Virus record (IMG/VR): IMGVR_UViG_3300015203_000002
Span: 1-62,147 of that record
Source: a virus
Direction: 5' to 3' (one strand)
Length of the DNA: 62,147 nt
Shown: piece after piece, positions 24,350-32,824 of the stretch
How positions within the stretch are numbered: position 1 is the stretch's first letter
Layout: every line of letters begins with the position of its first letter
Notes under the pieces: model-generated
The model's database searches: none
Told to the model about the DNA's origin: nothing
What the model saw: only the letters and a program-made list of their open reading frames with translations
Translations under genes and position numbers: made by a program

Positions 24350-25621
24350 ATGAATACCACCGTTACGCAGTCCTACGAAATTGCCGATGTGAATATGTCT
24401 GAGGTTATCGCCCTTGTTGAGAAGATGAACAGGCGCTGTGGGAAGTTACACCTTCCTGCGATCACACTGGAAGAGAAGGGCATGTTCACGAAAAACATGG
24501 TGGTAGGAAAAGATAGCTTTCTACAGCCTATCAAGCGTGATGTGATTTTTCACAACGTTACCATCACTGGTATCTCCCCTGTCTTGAATGGTTGGCAGTT
24601 TGTCGCCACCATAGACCATGTGACGACTGAGGGCAATGTGATCAATGTATGCCCTACCTCTTTCGACATTTCCCATGACATTGGTATGGAGCAATTTAGA
24701 GAGGGGAGCGCGACGTGTGACCACTGCCACATACTCCGTCAACGCAATAGCACCTACGTCCTTTACCGTGAGGAAACGAAAGAGGTTAAGCGTGTCGGGC
24801 ATAGTTGCCTACGTGACTTTGTAGGGCATAAGGATATCCATGCAATTGCCGCCTACGCTCAAGAATTGCACGCGCTTGACGAGCAAATCCACGCGATGGA
24901 TGACGACGATTTTGACGACTCCCGTACGGGTAAGAATATCGTCCTTGCCCACTATCTCACGTGGGTTGCCTGCTCAATCAGAGTACATGGATGGATCTCG
25001 AAGAGTAAGGCGTATGAGGAGAATGGCTGCTCAACTGCCTCAGATGCCCTTATTCTTGAAGGTATGTTGAAAGCCGGAACCTCTACTCTTTCTCCCTCTG
25101 AGGACGATGAGAAACTTGCTGAAAAAGCACTAGCGTGGATACGCTCCGATGAGACAAAGGCGTCGATTGATGACAGTAACGAATACATGTGGAACCTGCT
25201 CGTCATCTGTAAAGATGTTATTGTGAGCGCAAAGCATACCGGTATTGCCGCTAGCCTCATTGCCGCCTACCAGAAGCACATTCAACGCGAAATCGAGAAA
25301 AGTGCCACAAAACCGAGTGAGTGGCTAGTGAGCACCGATGGAGCAAAAGTAACAACGATGGTTACCTGCTCAAGAGTCACTCCTATTGAAAGCCAGTGGG
25401 GAACGACGTATGCAATTAATTTCATGACAAAGGAAGGGGATAAAGTGACATGGTTCGCAAGTAACCCATTTAATAAGGACAACACACCTATGTGCGTAGA
25501 AGAGGGCGTGTATGAATTGACGGGAACAGTCAAGAGTCTAGACAATAGCCCTAAATACGGGAAAACAACAACTCTTACACGCTGTAAGGTAAAACCCGTA
25601 AGAGAGCAGGTGGCAGCATAA
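24350..25621 (+). CDS. Hypothetical 423-aa protein with a CxxC motif and a possible C-terminal OB-like domain
   Basis: GSATCDHCHILRQRNSTYVLYREETKEVKRVGHSCLRDFVG. The C-terminus TYAINFMTKEGDKVTWFASNPF...GVYELTGTVKS looks beta-rich. Confidence 0.7.
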   Translation: MNTTVTQSYEIADVNMSEVIALVEKMNRRCGKLHLPAITLEEKGMFTKNMVVGKDSFLQPIKRDVIFHNVTITGISPVLNGWQFVATIDHVTTEGNVINVCPTSFDISHDIGMEQFREGSATCDHCHILRQRNSTYVLYREETKEVKRVGHSCLRDFVGHKDIHAIAAYAQELHALDEQIHAMDDDDFDDSRTGKNIVLAHYLTWVACSIRVHGWISKSKAYEENGCSTASDALILEGMLKAGTSTLSPSEDDEKLAEKALAWIRSDETKASIDDSNEYMWNLLVICKDVIVSAKHTGIAASLIAAYQKHIQREIEKSATKPSEWLVSTDGAKVTTMVTCSRVTPIESQWGTTYAINFMTKEGDKVTWFASNPFNKDNTPMCVEEGVYELTGTVKSLDNSPKYGKTTTLTRCKVKPVREQVAA

Positions 25622-25800
25622 TGGGAACTGCTGAAAAGAAAAAGCGTGGTCGCCCCTCACTTGACCGGGTGCCACGCACGTACAGCCTTGACCGCTCTAT
25701 TGCCCTCTTCATCGATGCAATGGAGGAAGGGAAGCGTAGCCAGTTCGTGAATGAATGCCTTAAGGTTCAAATCAAAGAAGGGAAAGAGCAACATGTGTAA
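25621..25800 (+). CDS. Ribbon-helix-helix protein (59 aa; below the ORF-track cutoff)
   Basis: Manual translation gives MGTAEKKKRGRPSLDRVPRTYSLDRSIALFIDAMEEGKRSQFVNECLKVQIKEGKEQHV. TAATG coupling. Paralog-like to 6954..7160. Confidence 0.55.
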   Translation: MGTAEKKKRGRPSLDRVPRTYSLDRSIALFIDAMEEGKRSQFVNECLKVQIKEGKEQHV

Positions 25801-26119
25801 CAATTGTAAAGCCTCTGAACTTGGTATAGCACGTCAGGCAGAACTTGACGCCGCTCTTGCTGAGTGTCAAGCGTTGAATGTAAACCCTCGTATCGCTGGG
25901 TTTCTAGTCAAGCATGCCTATCAGGGACGTGTACCGCGTGGTGAGCGGTTGAATGCCACTCCTGAGCAGATTGAAGCACTCAAGCGGTACAACGCTGCTC
26001 AAAGTGCCATGAAGGAACTGCACAATGATTATGTGTTTGATCGTGGACGCAAGCATGTTGCAGAGATGAAAGCGCGAGGTGTGCAACCTGTGTACTTCGC
26101 ACATGGAGACAAACGTTAA
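25793..26119 (+). CDS. Hypothetical protein (108 aa)
   Basis: Start chosen at MCNNCK. The ORF opens at 25751. Confidence 0.5.
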   Translation: MCNNCKASELGIARQAELDAALAECQALNVNPRIAGFLVKHAYQGRVPRGERLNATPEQIEALKRYNAAQSAMKELHNDYVFDRGRKHVAEMKARGVQPVYFAHGDKR

Positions 26120-26535
26120 TGGATCAACAAGAACGTATCAAAGCAATGGCTGCCATCATGGTTCAAGCACGACAAGCCAATGAGGACGTAGGCGAGTTGA
26201 TTGCAGCATCGTTGCATGCACAAACTGCTGAAGAAATGGTGAGCGGACGCCCTGGTTCCTGGGAAGCTGCTATCGTCCTTCGTATGGCGCAATCAGGGGG
26301 ATACGGCAACCGCAAGCGCATCGAAGCCCTCTCCATCCTGTTTGCAGACATGGGTAAGGCAGGGGTTGATGGTGGCGACGAACTCTCTCAGGCGATGGGT
26401 AAAGCAGTCGATGAGTTGGGAGGATTGGACGCATTCGCTGGGTCAAGTCAATGGTACCACGACCTGATTAATATCGGGTGCCAGTACTCTCGTCATGCGT
26501 TCGATTCGGCGTCAGTGTATCGCAAAGGGGAATAG
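26119..26535 (+). CDS. Hypothetical protein (138 aa)
   Basis: TAATG coupling. Confidence 0.6.
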   Translation: MDQQERIKAMAAIMVQARQANEDVGELIAASLHAQTAEEMVSGRPGSWEAAIVLRMAQSGGYGNRKRIEALSILFADMGKAGVDGGDELSQAMGKAVDELGGLDAFAGSSQWYHDLINIGCQYSRHAFDSASVYRKGE

Positions 26536-26895
26536 ATGAAACGCTACTTTGATGAGGAGACTGATGTAGAGCGTGAACCGCGCACGTTGCCAGACATGTA
26601 CATCGAACAGGATGCACTCTGTGGTGTGTGTGGTGTGCAGAATAGCCCTGAGCGGCCCATGAGTTACGTGTGTAGTGTGTGTCACAAGCCTACACACGAT
26701 GAATGTGGGGATGATACAGAACCTAGCGGTGGTTGGGATCGTGACTATGACGTGAATTATTGGGTATGTAGTTCTTGTCTCAAGAAAGATGATCCTCACT
26801 CCCTCTCATCAGGAGAGACCGATCATGAAACGATTGAGCAGCACTTAGAAGATGCATACGAGCGTGAAACCGGGATTGAACCAGAGGAACTGTAA
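26536..26895 (+). CDS. Zn-finger-like Cys-rich acidic protein (119 aa)
   Basis: CGVCGV...CSVCHKPTHDEC...CSSC. Confidence 0.6.
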   Translation: MKRYFDEETDVEREPRTLPDMYIEQDALCGVCGVQNSPERPMSYVCSVCHKPTHDECGDDTEPSGGWDRDYDVNYWVCSSCLKKDDPHSLSSGETDHETIEQHLEDAYERETGIEPEEL

Positions 26896-26903
26896 GGTAG
26901 CCA

Positions 26904-26934
26904 GGGGCGGGTAACACCGCTCCATTCTTTTGCT
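26904..26934 (+). terminator. Terminator-like hairpin (same stem as 24202)
   Basis: GGGGCGG-gtaaca-CCGCTCC-attcttttg. Confidence 0.5.
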
Positions 26935-26941
26935 CATCATC

Positions 26942-26970
26942 TTGTGTAACTATTGCCCCTTTGCTATACT
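26942..26970 (+). promoter_or_regulatory. Promoter TTGTGT-17-(TGc)TATACT with an extended -10; predicts a leaderless mRNA
   Basis: The -10 ends 6 nt before the ATG at 26977. Confidence 0.45.
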
Positions 26971-26976
26971 GACATC

Positions 26977-27147
26977 ATGACAACATTGCCCCTACTCCAA
27001 CTCGTGCTCGATAGCGTTGGTGTGCTCACACTCGCCTACTGGCTGTGGCGACTGTGTAACCCCATGCATTGCACATGTGGGCGTCGCTATTGGCGGCGTC
27101 GTGCCATGTATCGCCATCAAGCACAGTCTCATAAGTACACTGATTAG
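26977..27147 (+). CDS. Small membrane protein (56 aa), probably leaderless
   Basis: MTTLPLLQLVLDSVGVLTLAYWLWRL followed by a basic Cys/His tail. Confidence 0.45.
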   Translation: MTTLPLLQLVLDSVGVLTLAYWLWRLCNPMHCTCGRRYWRRRAMYRHQAQSHKYTD

Positions 27148-27153
27148 TAGCGG

Positions 27154-27627
27154 TTATTCCGTTATAAAGCGAACAACGGCCTGCGTTAGTTCCTGTTGTG
27201 TCTGTTCATTTTTCTCAAGTGCGAACCGTACCGCCGCCGTGGTAATGCCAAGGGACGCATCTGCCAGGATGTGAATGGGACGACGATCAACATTTCCAGA
27301 TACCGCCAACATCACCTCTTTCCCGCCGCTATGCCGTGCGCTGATCGTCACCTCTGATGCTTCAAAGAGCGCCGCCACAACCGGATGCACCGCGATCAGG
27401 GTAGGATACAGCCCAAACGCGCTAAAGAACGCAGTTGCACAGCGTGTCGCTATATCCACAGGATCACTGTGCTCACGTGTAGACAAGCGCAATTCCAAAA
27501 TATCATAGGGATACAACCCGTATCGTATAAGATTGTTAAGTTGCAATTGCATAGGGGAAAGTGTTGCCGTTATTTTTGCTTGTTGTGCAAGGATTGTCGC
27601 CTCTTCTGGGGTAAACTCACTTTTCAT
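27154..27627 (-). CDS. Hypothetical protein (157 aa) with its own promoter
   Basis: Start chosen at MKSEFTPEE, downstream of the TSS predicted from promoter 27669..27697. Confidence 0.55.
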   Translation of the reverse strand: MKSEFTPEEATILAQQAKITATLSPMQLQLNNLIRYGLYPYDILELRLSTREHSDPVDIATRCATAFFSAFGLYPTLIAVHPVVAALFEASEVTISARHSGGKEVMLAVSGNVDRRPIHILADASLGITTAAVRFALEKNEQTQQELTQAVVRFITE

Positions 27628-27668
27628 ACGAATACTCTCTTCTTGTTTTTGTATCAATCCACATTGAC

Positions 27669-27697
27669 AGTATACCGCTTTGCTTAACACTTCTCAA
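27669..27697 (-). promoter_or_regulatory. Promoter TTGAGA-17-TATACT
   Basis: Minus strand reads TTGAGAagtgttaagcaaagcggTATACT. Confidence 0.55.
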
Positions 27698-27772
27698 GTG
27701 ATGTATATCTATCTTGTGTAGTGTGGGTATTGCATGCGATGATATACTATATTTTATTTGTCGTTAGTTTGA

Positions 27773-28612
27773 ATGGGGGGGGCAATGGAAGCACAAGAAA
27801 CGTATAGCGTCATTGAAGCAGCACGCTATTTAGGTCTAAGTGATGGAAATACGAAAGTGATCTATGACGCGATTAGAGAAAAGCAGTTAGATGCTTGGAA
27901 AAGTGGGAAGTTGGGAAATGCTTGGATCATTTCAAAGGCCGGTTTGGACAGGTATAAGACCTCTTTAGAAAAAAAGCGTGTAAATGGAGCACCCCTCTCT
28001 TCTCAGCAAGTGACTGAAGTGCATCCTCCCCCAATGGTGGAGCCGGTCAAGCAACTAGAGCCACCGAAAGAAGTCAAGAAACACGACGACGGCCCGTTAC
28101 TCCAACACGTCCTCACCTCTGTCTTTTCTTTCCTGTCTCAGCATTCTTTTCCCGTTGGACTGCGTTCGCTGGAAGAAGTTGATGCCCATTTACGTCTGTG
28201 GGTGGTCAAGACGCCTGAGACTAATCTCAGCGTAGTTGCATCAGGTGATGAGGTCACGGTGCTCTCACAGGAGTACCAGGCCCGTCTAGAAGCACGTGTG
28301 GAGAAGCTAGAGCAAGAACTGAGAAGCAAAGAAAAGATCCTTGCTACCCTGCGAGGGAAGCCCAAGGAAGTCGTGTTGCACGAATATAGTCAACCGCTTA
28401 TCGTGGTGATTGAGCCACGTACTGAGGGCTATGTGGCGCGCTGTGAGGTGTTTCCCTTTGCCGGGAGTGGAGAGAGTGAAGAAGATGCCTTAGCAGCGTT
28501 CAGGCGTGTGCTATGGGGATATACGAAGTGGTTGCGCTTACACCTCGAAAAGTTATCGCCTGAACTGAAAACACAGTTTGAGTTGTTGAAAGAGTTATTA
28601 GTGGAGGAATAA
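27773..28612 (+). CDS. Excisionase-type HTH protein with a C-terminal HicB-like (UPF0150-like) domain
   Basis: N-terminus is YSVIEAARYLGLSDGNTKVIYDAIREKQLDAWKSG. C-terminus is LIVVIEPRTEGYVARCEVFPFAGSGESEEDALAAFRRVL. The start is uncertain (27773 or 27785). Confidence 0.5.
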   Translation: MGGAMEAQETYSVIEAARYLGLSDGNTKVIYDAIREKQLDAWKSGKLGNAWIISKAGLDRYKTSLEKKRVNGAPLSSQQVTEVHPPPMVEPVKQLEPPKEVKKHDDGPLLQHVLTSVFSFLSQHSFPVGLRSLEEVDAHLRLWVVKTPETNLSVVASGDEVTVLSQEYQARLEARVEKLEQELRSKEKILATLRGKPKEVVLHEYSQPLIVVIEPRTEGYVARCEVFPFAGSGESEEDALAAFRRVLWGYTKWLRLHLEKLSPELKTQFELLKELLVEE

Positions 28613-28929
28613 TGTCTGAAGAACGACTAGCCACCAGCGAGAAGTTAGCACGCGATCTTGAGTCGGTCAAAGCGCCGCGCATCATGATTGAGCGTGCACG
28701 CAATAAATATTATGATGACTATTTGTCACCCCTGGCTGATCCTATTGTCCAATTGGTGAACGATGCACACAATCACGGGCTGAACATGATTGCGCAGGAT
28801 GCAATGGATGGGAAATATGATGGGAGCAAGGAAGAGTCAGACGCATGGGCCGCGAGTGCTGACGGCCAAGCGACGTTTGCAGAGCTTGGCGACACGCTCA
28901 ACAGTTTGCTGAGGAAACGGGAAAAGTAA
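28612..28929 (+). CDS. Hypothetical protein (105 aa)
   Basis: TAATG coupling and GAGGA RBS. Confidence 0.6.
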   Translation: MSEERLATSEKLARDLESVKAPRIMIERARNKYYDDYLSPLADPIVQLVNDAHNHGLNMIAQDAMDGKYDGSKEESDAWAASADGQATFAELGDTLNSLLRKREK

Positions 28930-29519
28930 TGATGTGGGGCTATTTGCGTGAAAAGGCACTAGAGACGCCACAAGAGAAAACGATCTGGACACCACAACCA
29001 CAACTTTTTCTTTCTCGTGACGAGGGTTTTAATCCTGAGCAGCATTTTACCCCTGCGCAAAACGAGGAGACCCGTGCATGGATGACGAAACCCATGCTAC
29101 AAACGGGATTATGGACATCGACGTATACGCCCAATGAGGAGTATACAAGCCAGTGGGTGGAATGGTGTGTAGATAATAACTTTTGTGATCCCTGTGCATA
29201 CACGTGGTGGGTGCTTACCCCACGAGAGGATGCGCGTGTGTTCGTGATTGAGTCCCAGCGCGATCTCTTTTTTCTCATGAAAGAGTACCCCTATCAAGCG
29301 AAACATACACCCCCTTATGTGGCGATGATCGACTTTGAAGCGGTGGGGCGCGACTATGACGGCCTTGCTCTCACGCACAAGGGAAACATGCGCTTGCATC
29401 TGAGTGTGCCCTTCCACTTGAACGGGTGGGATGTAGAGAGTACACTATGGGTGAACTGGTGTTTTTCCACAGTGGAGAAGAGAACACCTGTACTAGTCGT
29501 GAAAGAAGAGAGAGAATGA
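28929..29519 (+). CDS. Hypothetical Trp-rich protein (196 aa)
   Basis: Coupled ORF. Confidence 0.6.
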   Translation: MMWGYLREKALETPQEKTIWTPQPQLFLSRDEGFNPEQHFTPAQNEETRAWMTKPMLQTGLWTSTYTPNEEYTSQWVEWCVDNNFCDPCAYTWWVLTPREDARVFVIESQRDLFFLMKEYPYQAKHTPPYVAMIDFEAVGRDYDGLALTHKGNMRLHLSVPFHLNGWDVESTLWVNWCFSTVEKRTPVLVVKEERE

Positions 29520-29800
29520 CAACAGACGAGCAGCAATTTCTAGAGCAGAAGATTGAGGCACTTCAACACACGGAGCGCCACCAGTATGTTCTGGATAATC
29601 CGTTTATGGCGCTTGAGGAGGCAACCACGCTCAGCAAGCAGATCAAGCGCGAGTATCCCGGATTGGTCGCGAGCGTGCAGCCATGTGAACCGCCGTATGC
29701 AGGATCGTACTTTGTGGATGTAACCCAGCGTTTCCATATGGTGATCCGGTCACCTGAGCAGTGGCAAGAGCGCAAAAAGGATATTCGCAAAGTGCAATGA
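29516..29800 (+). CDS. Hypothetical protein (94 aa)
   Basis: ATGA overlap. The start MTTDEQQF was chosen inside ORF 29426..29800. Confidence 0.55.
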   Translation: MTTDEQQFLEQKIEALQHTERHQYVLDNPFMALEEATTLSKQIKREYPGLVASVQPCEPPYAGSYFVDVTQRFHMVIRSPEQWQERKKDIRKVQ

Positions 29801-29803
29801 GGG

Positions 29804-29838
29804 CAAAAAGAGGCTCCTCTGCAATGAAGGAGAGGAGC
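29804..29838 (-). terminator. Rho-independent terminator for 29855..30355
   Basis: Minus strand reads GCTCCTCT-ccttcattgc-AGAGGAGC-CTCTTTTTG. Confidence 0.6.
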
Positions 29839-29854
29839 GAGAGATGTTACTCGT

Positions 29855-30355
29855 CTATCGAATGATGGCGATACGCCCGTACTCACAGCCAATCGTGAGA
29901 TGGTCGACCTCTTTTTCTGCACAATCCCGTACAAGCGGCATGATGTCATCTGCCAACCGCCCGCGCTCAATATACCCGCCTCCGCAGGACTCAAGAATTT
30001 CAGGCATCACTTGATGATCCCATGTGCAATACGCCTGCGCTACTTTTGTCACAAAATCAACGGTAGTCGTGCGCTCAACAAAGACGTAGTGTGTGCGGAA
30101 CCGGACCGTTTCACCGTTAAGGATTGATGTGTGATCTTCGCGCATGTCAGTCATGCCGTCGAATGTTGACCCAGCAAACCCCTTGACCGCCTCGTCTATG
30201 TCCTTGCTTCGCGGCCCGTTGGTGTAATGAACCCGAATGGAATTACCATCGCACTTTACTGAAAACTTGATGGATGGGTACGTTTCTTTCAATGTCCTGC
30301 GAATAAGTTTCGCAGTATCGGTGTTGCTGATGTATCTGATTTCGCTGGTTGCCAT
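29855..30355 (-). CDS. Hypothetical protein (166 aa); the N-terminus recalls the LPD29-type domain of polyvalent proteins (from memory)
   Basis: NTDTAKLIRRTLKETYPSIKFSVKCDGNSIRVHYTNGP. GGGAGGAAAA RBS. Confidence 0.5.
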   Translation of the reverse strand: MATSEIRYISNTDTAKLIRRTLKETYPSIKFSVKCDGNSIRVHYTNGPRSKDIDEAVKGFAGSTFDGMTDMREDHTSILNGETVRFRTHYVFVERTTTVDFVTKVAQAYCTWDHQVMPEILESCGGGYIERGRLADDIMPLVRDCAEKEVDHLTIGCEYGRIAIIR

Positions 30356-30398
30356 TGTCGTTTTCCTCCCTCTTGTCTCAACTCTTCTTCATGTATTC

Positions 30399-30427
30399 AT
30401 TATACATCGCTAGCGTAGTAAAGTCAA
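30399..30427 (-). promoter_or_regulatory. Promoter TTGACT-17-TATAAT with CGCTAGCG in the spacer
   Basis: Minus strand reads ccccTTGACTttactacgctagcgatgTATAAT. Confidence 0.65.
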
Positions 30428-30672
30428 GGGGTTTTAGTATCAGTTTTTGCCCTTCTTCCTCTTTTGTCTGCAATGACCACCGCTTCCACTTCACTGCGTT
30501 TATAGAGGTTTGTCCTGCCATCAAGAGGAATAGAGGTCAATCGCTTATAGCGAGGACTTGCTAGTACACGCACATAGTCAGGGGATATTTCCCGTTTTGC
30601 GTTCCTGCTCAGGATCACGGCAGCTTCACGCGCTGTGAGTAAATCATCTGGTGTTTCGTTTTGTCTTTGCAT
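30424..30672 (-). CDS. Excisionase/MerR-type HTH protein (82 aa)
   Basis: LLTAREAAVILSRNAKREISPDYVRVLA...LYKRSEVEAV. Confidence 0.6.
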   Translation of the reverse strand: MQRQNETPDDLLTAREAAVILSRNAKREISPDYVRVLASPRYKRLTSIPLDGRTNLYKRSEVEAVVIADKRGRRAKTDTKTP

Positions 30673-30693
30673 GGTATCTCTCCTTTTCTTCTA

Positions 30694-30722
30694 AATATAA
30701 TACGCTAGTGAATATTTGTCAA
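30694..30722 (-). promoter_or_regulatory. Promoter TTGACA-17-TATATT with ACTAGCG in the spacer
   Basis: Minus strand reads cccTTGACAaatattcactagcgtatTATATT. Confidence 0.55.
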
Positions 30723-30746
30723 GGGTGAATATTGCTAAGAAAAGGG

Positions 30747-30775
30747 TTGACATTTACTACGCTAGAGTGTATACT
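30747..30775 (+). promoter_or_regulatory. Promoter TTGACA-17-TATACT with ACGCTAG in the spacer
   Basis: TTGACAtttactacgctagagtgTATACT. Confidence 0.65.
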
Positions 30776-30842
30776 TATACCAAGAGATGCGAAACAAACA
30801 ACCTTCAAAAATCATTCATCCGCATCTCTCAGGAGAACGATT

Positions 30843-31313
30843 ATGACACAGACGATGAACAAATATCAAGAGCAAAAAGAAACCCGCATTCAGTCTGCCA
30901 TCGACACGCTGGTGATCGAGAGCGACGATATGGGAACGTATGCAACGGTTCCCTCTACTTCCGGATCGTCCACTGTATACATTGTGAGCATCGATGAGAG
31001 TGGACCCATCCCGGTTGCAACGGATTGCAATTGTGTTGGGCATGCTGACTACGGTCACACGTGCGTGCACATGCAAGCGGTTGACCGCCTGTTCGCTCGT
31101 GTGTGTGTGTCCCGTCCACTGGTGAGCATTGGTGAAGTCATGACCGCCGCCAACGAGCAAGTACGCGCCAATATTGAAGCCGAAGAGATGGCTAGTGACC
31201 GCTCTTATAACGAGGCAGTTGGATATGCTGAGGTGATCAACCCACGTACCGGCATGACGGATGCCAAATATCAGGAGTATCAAAACTACCTTATGCAAAT
31301 TGGTGCAAGATAG
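30843..31313 (+). CDS. SWIM-type zinc-finger protein (156 aa)
   Basis: AGGAG RBS. CNCVGHADYGHTCVHMQAV fits the CxC...CxH pattern. Confidence 0.6.
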   Translation: MTQTMNKYQEQKETRIQSAIDTLVIESDDMGTYATVPSTSGSSTVYIVSIDESGPIPVATDCNCVGHADYGHTCVHMQAVDRLFARVCVSRPLVSIGEVMTAANEQVRANIEAEEMASDRSYNEAVGYAEVINPRTGMTDAKYQEYQNYLMQIGAR

Positions 31314-31366
31314 ATTGAATAGACAAGATCAGGAGCGGATAACCTCCCTCCTGAGAGGAGATTGAG

Positions 31367-31612
31367 ATGAGTACTGAGCATAGCGATGAGATGATCGCAT
31401 TCTTAACATTGCACGGATTAAGCGTTCAGAGTTGGGTGTATGGTTCGTATGGGCGTCCCTTACATGGCTCGTGGTTCCGTCTGGAAGGATGCACTATTCT
31501 GCAAACGACGCATCAAAGGCCCTATAGTTACGCGGTTGTGCCTGCTCGTATGGTACGCGCCGATGTTGATGGGAATGAGTTGGAACTGGTATCGCGTCCG
31601 GTGAGGGTATGA
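31367..31612 (+). CDS. Hypothetical protein (81 aa)
   Basis: GAGAGGAG RBS. Confidence 0.6.
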   Translation: MSTEHSDEMIAFLTLHGLSVQSWVYGSYGRPLHGSWFRLEGCTILQTTHQRPYSYAVVPARMVRADVDGNELELVSRPVRV

Positions 31613-31746
31613 CCATTTGCACTTGTTGTGAGGAGCCAATCCTGATCAAAGATGCTCAGGTCGTGGCGATGAGGGAGAGTGTGAGTACTGGTGTAAGGTT
31701 TGTATTGAGTACTGGAATAGTATCGAGGAGTAACAAGCATGAATAA
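31609..31746 (+). CDS. Small Cys-rich ORF (45 aa as written); likely a frameshifted Zn-ribbon
   Basis: ATGA-coupled MTICTCCEEP. The -1 frame continues as RCSGRGDEGECEYWCKVCIEYWNSIEE and stops at 31733. Confidence 0.3.
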   Translation: MTICTCCEEPILIKDAQVVAMRESVSTGVRFVLSTGIVSRSNKHE

Positions 31747-32344
31747 CGTCAAAACAATTTCTTATAAAGGCAAACCCTATGTGGAGGTTGCGGAGCGCGT
31801 CAACCAAGTACACGCCCGTGAAGTACCCTTTGAAGTACTATCATCTATGCCCATCGTGCTTGGTGAGCGGGTTATCTGGCAAGTACAGGTAAAAGTAGAT
31901 GGGAAAGTCTACACAGGATCAGCAGAAGCGAAGCTCGTGGGTGCCGCTCCGAAAAGTGCCGATGCCACCAACCCGTTCGAGTGTGCTGAGACCAGCGCGT
32001 TAGGACGTGCATTAGCCTTCGCTGGATTTGGGAGTGTCGATAGCATTGCGAGTTTCGATGAGGTAGCGCGTGGTGCAACTCCTGAGGAATTACGTGAGCG
32101 AGTCCCGCAGAAACCCGCTCCATCTAACGGTGATATTGCACTGAAACAACGACGCGACGTGCTCTATCGCAAGGCGGCGGCACTAGGACAATTCGAGAAA
32201 GGTGCAACGCCTGAGGAGAACAACAAGGCATTTCTCAAGTGGGCTGGTGGCGTGATCGATGCAACCCTAGCCAGTGCAAGCCAGTTAACCCCGTCACGTT
32301 TGGACGCAATCGAAGCGTACTTGAACAGCCAAGACGCGGCATAG
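31739..32344 (+). CDS. Rad52/Sak-like single-strand annealing protein (putative)
   Basis: NPFECAETSALGRALAFAGFG matches the Rad52-family motif (E..T.A.KRAL..FG) as I remember it. Confidence 0.5.
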   Translation: MNNVKTISYKGKPYVEVAERVNQVHAREVPFEVLSSMPIVLGERVIWQVQVKVDGKVYTGSAEAKLVGAAPKSADATNPFECAETSALGRALAFAGFGSVDSIASFDEVARGATPEELRERVPQKPAPSNGDIALKQRRDVLYRKAAALGQFEKGATPEENNKAFLKWAGGVIDATLASASQLTPSRLDAIEAYLNSQDAA

Positions 32345-32390
32345 TATTGTGGGTGACTGGCTACCCTGAAGCCAGTAGAGAGGATTTGTG

Positions 32391-32618
32391 ATGGATGAGA
32401 GCGAACGCATTTACAACTTGCTCAGGGAAGGTAAAACTGTGCAAGCGATGTCACCAGACGGCACACCCATAGAGATTATCCCTAAGAACCACAATAACCG
32501 TTCTGCGTTACCCACTCACTCGATCGCCATTCAAGGTACGGTCGTGGATAAGGACAGGTCAACAAATGAGCGCTTATACCCTGCGGGTTTCAATGGGTTA
32601 ACGGTGATTGCGTCATGA
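32391..32618 (+). CDS. Hypothetical protein (75 aa)
   Basis: AGAGAGGA RBS. Confidence 0.55.
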   Translation: MDESERIYNLLREGKTVQAMSPDGTPIEIIPKNHNNRSALPTHSIAIQGTVVDKDRSTNERLYPAGFNGLTVIAS

Positions 32619-32824
32619 CCGCGCCCGACCGTGACACTTTGCTCGCACACGCCACACGTGAGTACCATCGCTATCACCCCGCATGGTTGGCGGTGGACTC
32701 ACACGAGTATGTGGTAGAGGGTGTTGCGGTTGACATGGGTGTAAACGGGTGCCCTGGTACGTTCACGGAGCGCAAGGATGTTGCTCGTGAAGTGATTGAG
32801 AGAGAGAAAGAGGAGAAGCGATGA
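32615..32824 (+). CDS. Hypothetical protein (69 aa)
   Basis: ATGA coupling. Confidence 0.55.
   Translation: MTAPDRDTLLAHATREYHRYHPAWLAVDSHEYVVEGVAVDMGVNGCPGTFTERKDVAREVIEREKEEKR

Noticed and set aside
29563-29994. A 143-aa minus-strand ORF spanning the convergent junction.
   Set aside because: It is out of frame with the LPD29-like CDS at its upstream end, crosses the minus-strand terminator at 29804..29838, and then runs antisense to 29516..29800. It has no RBS.
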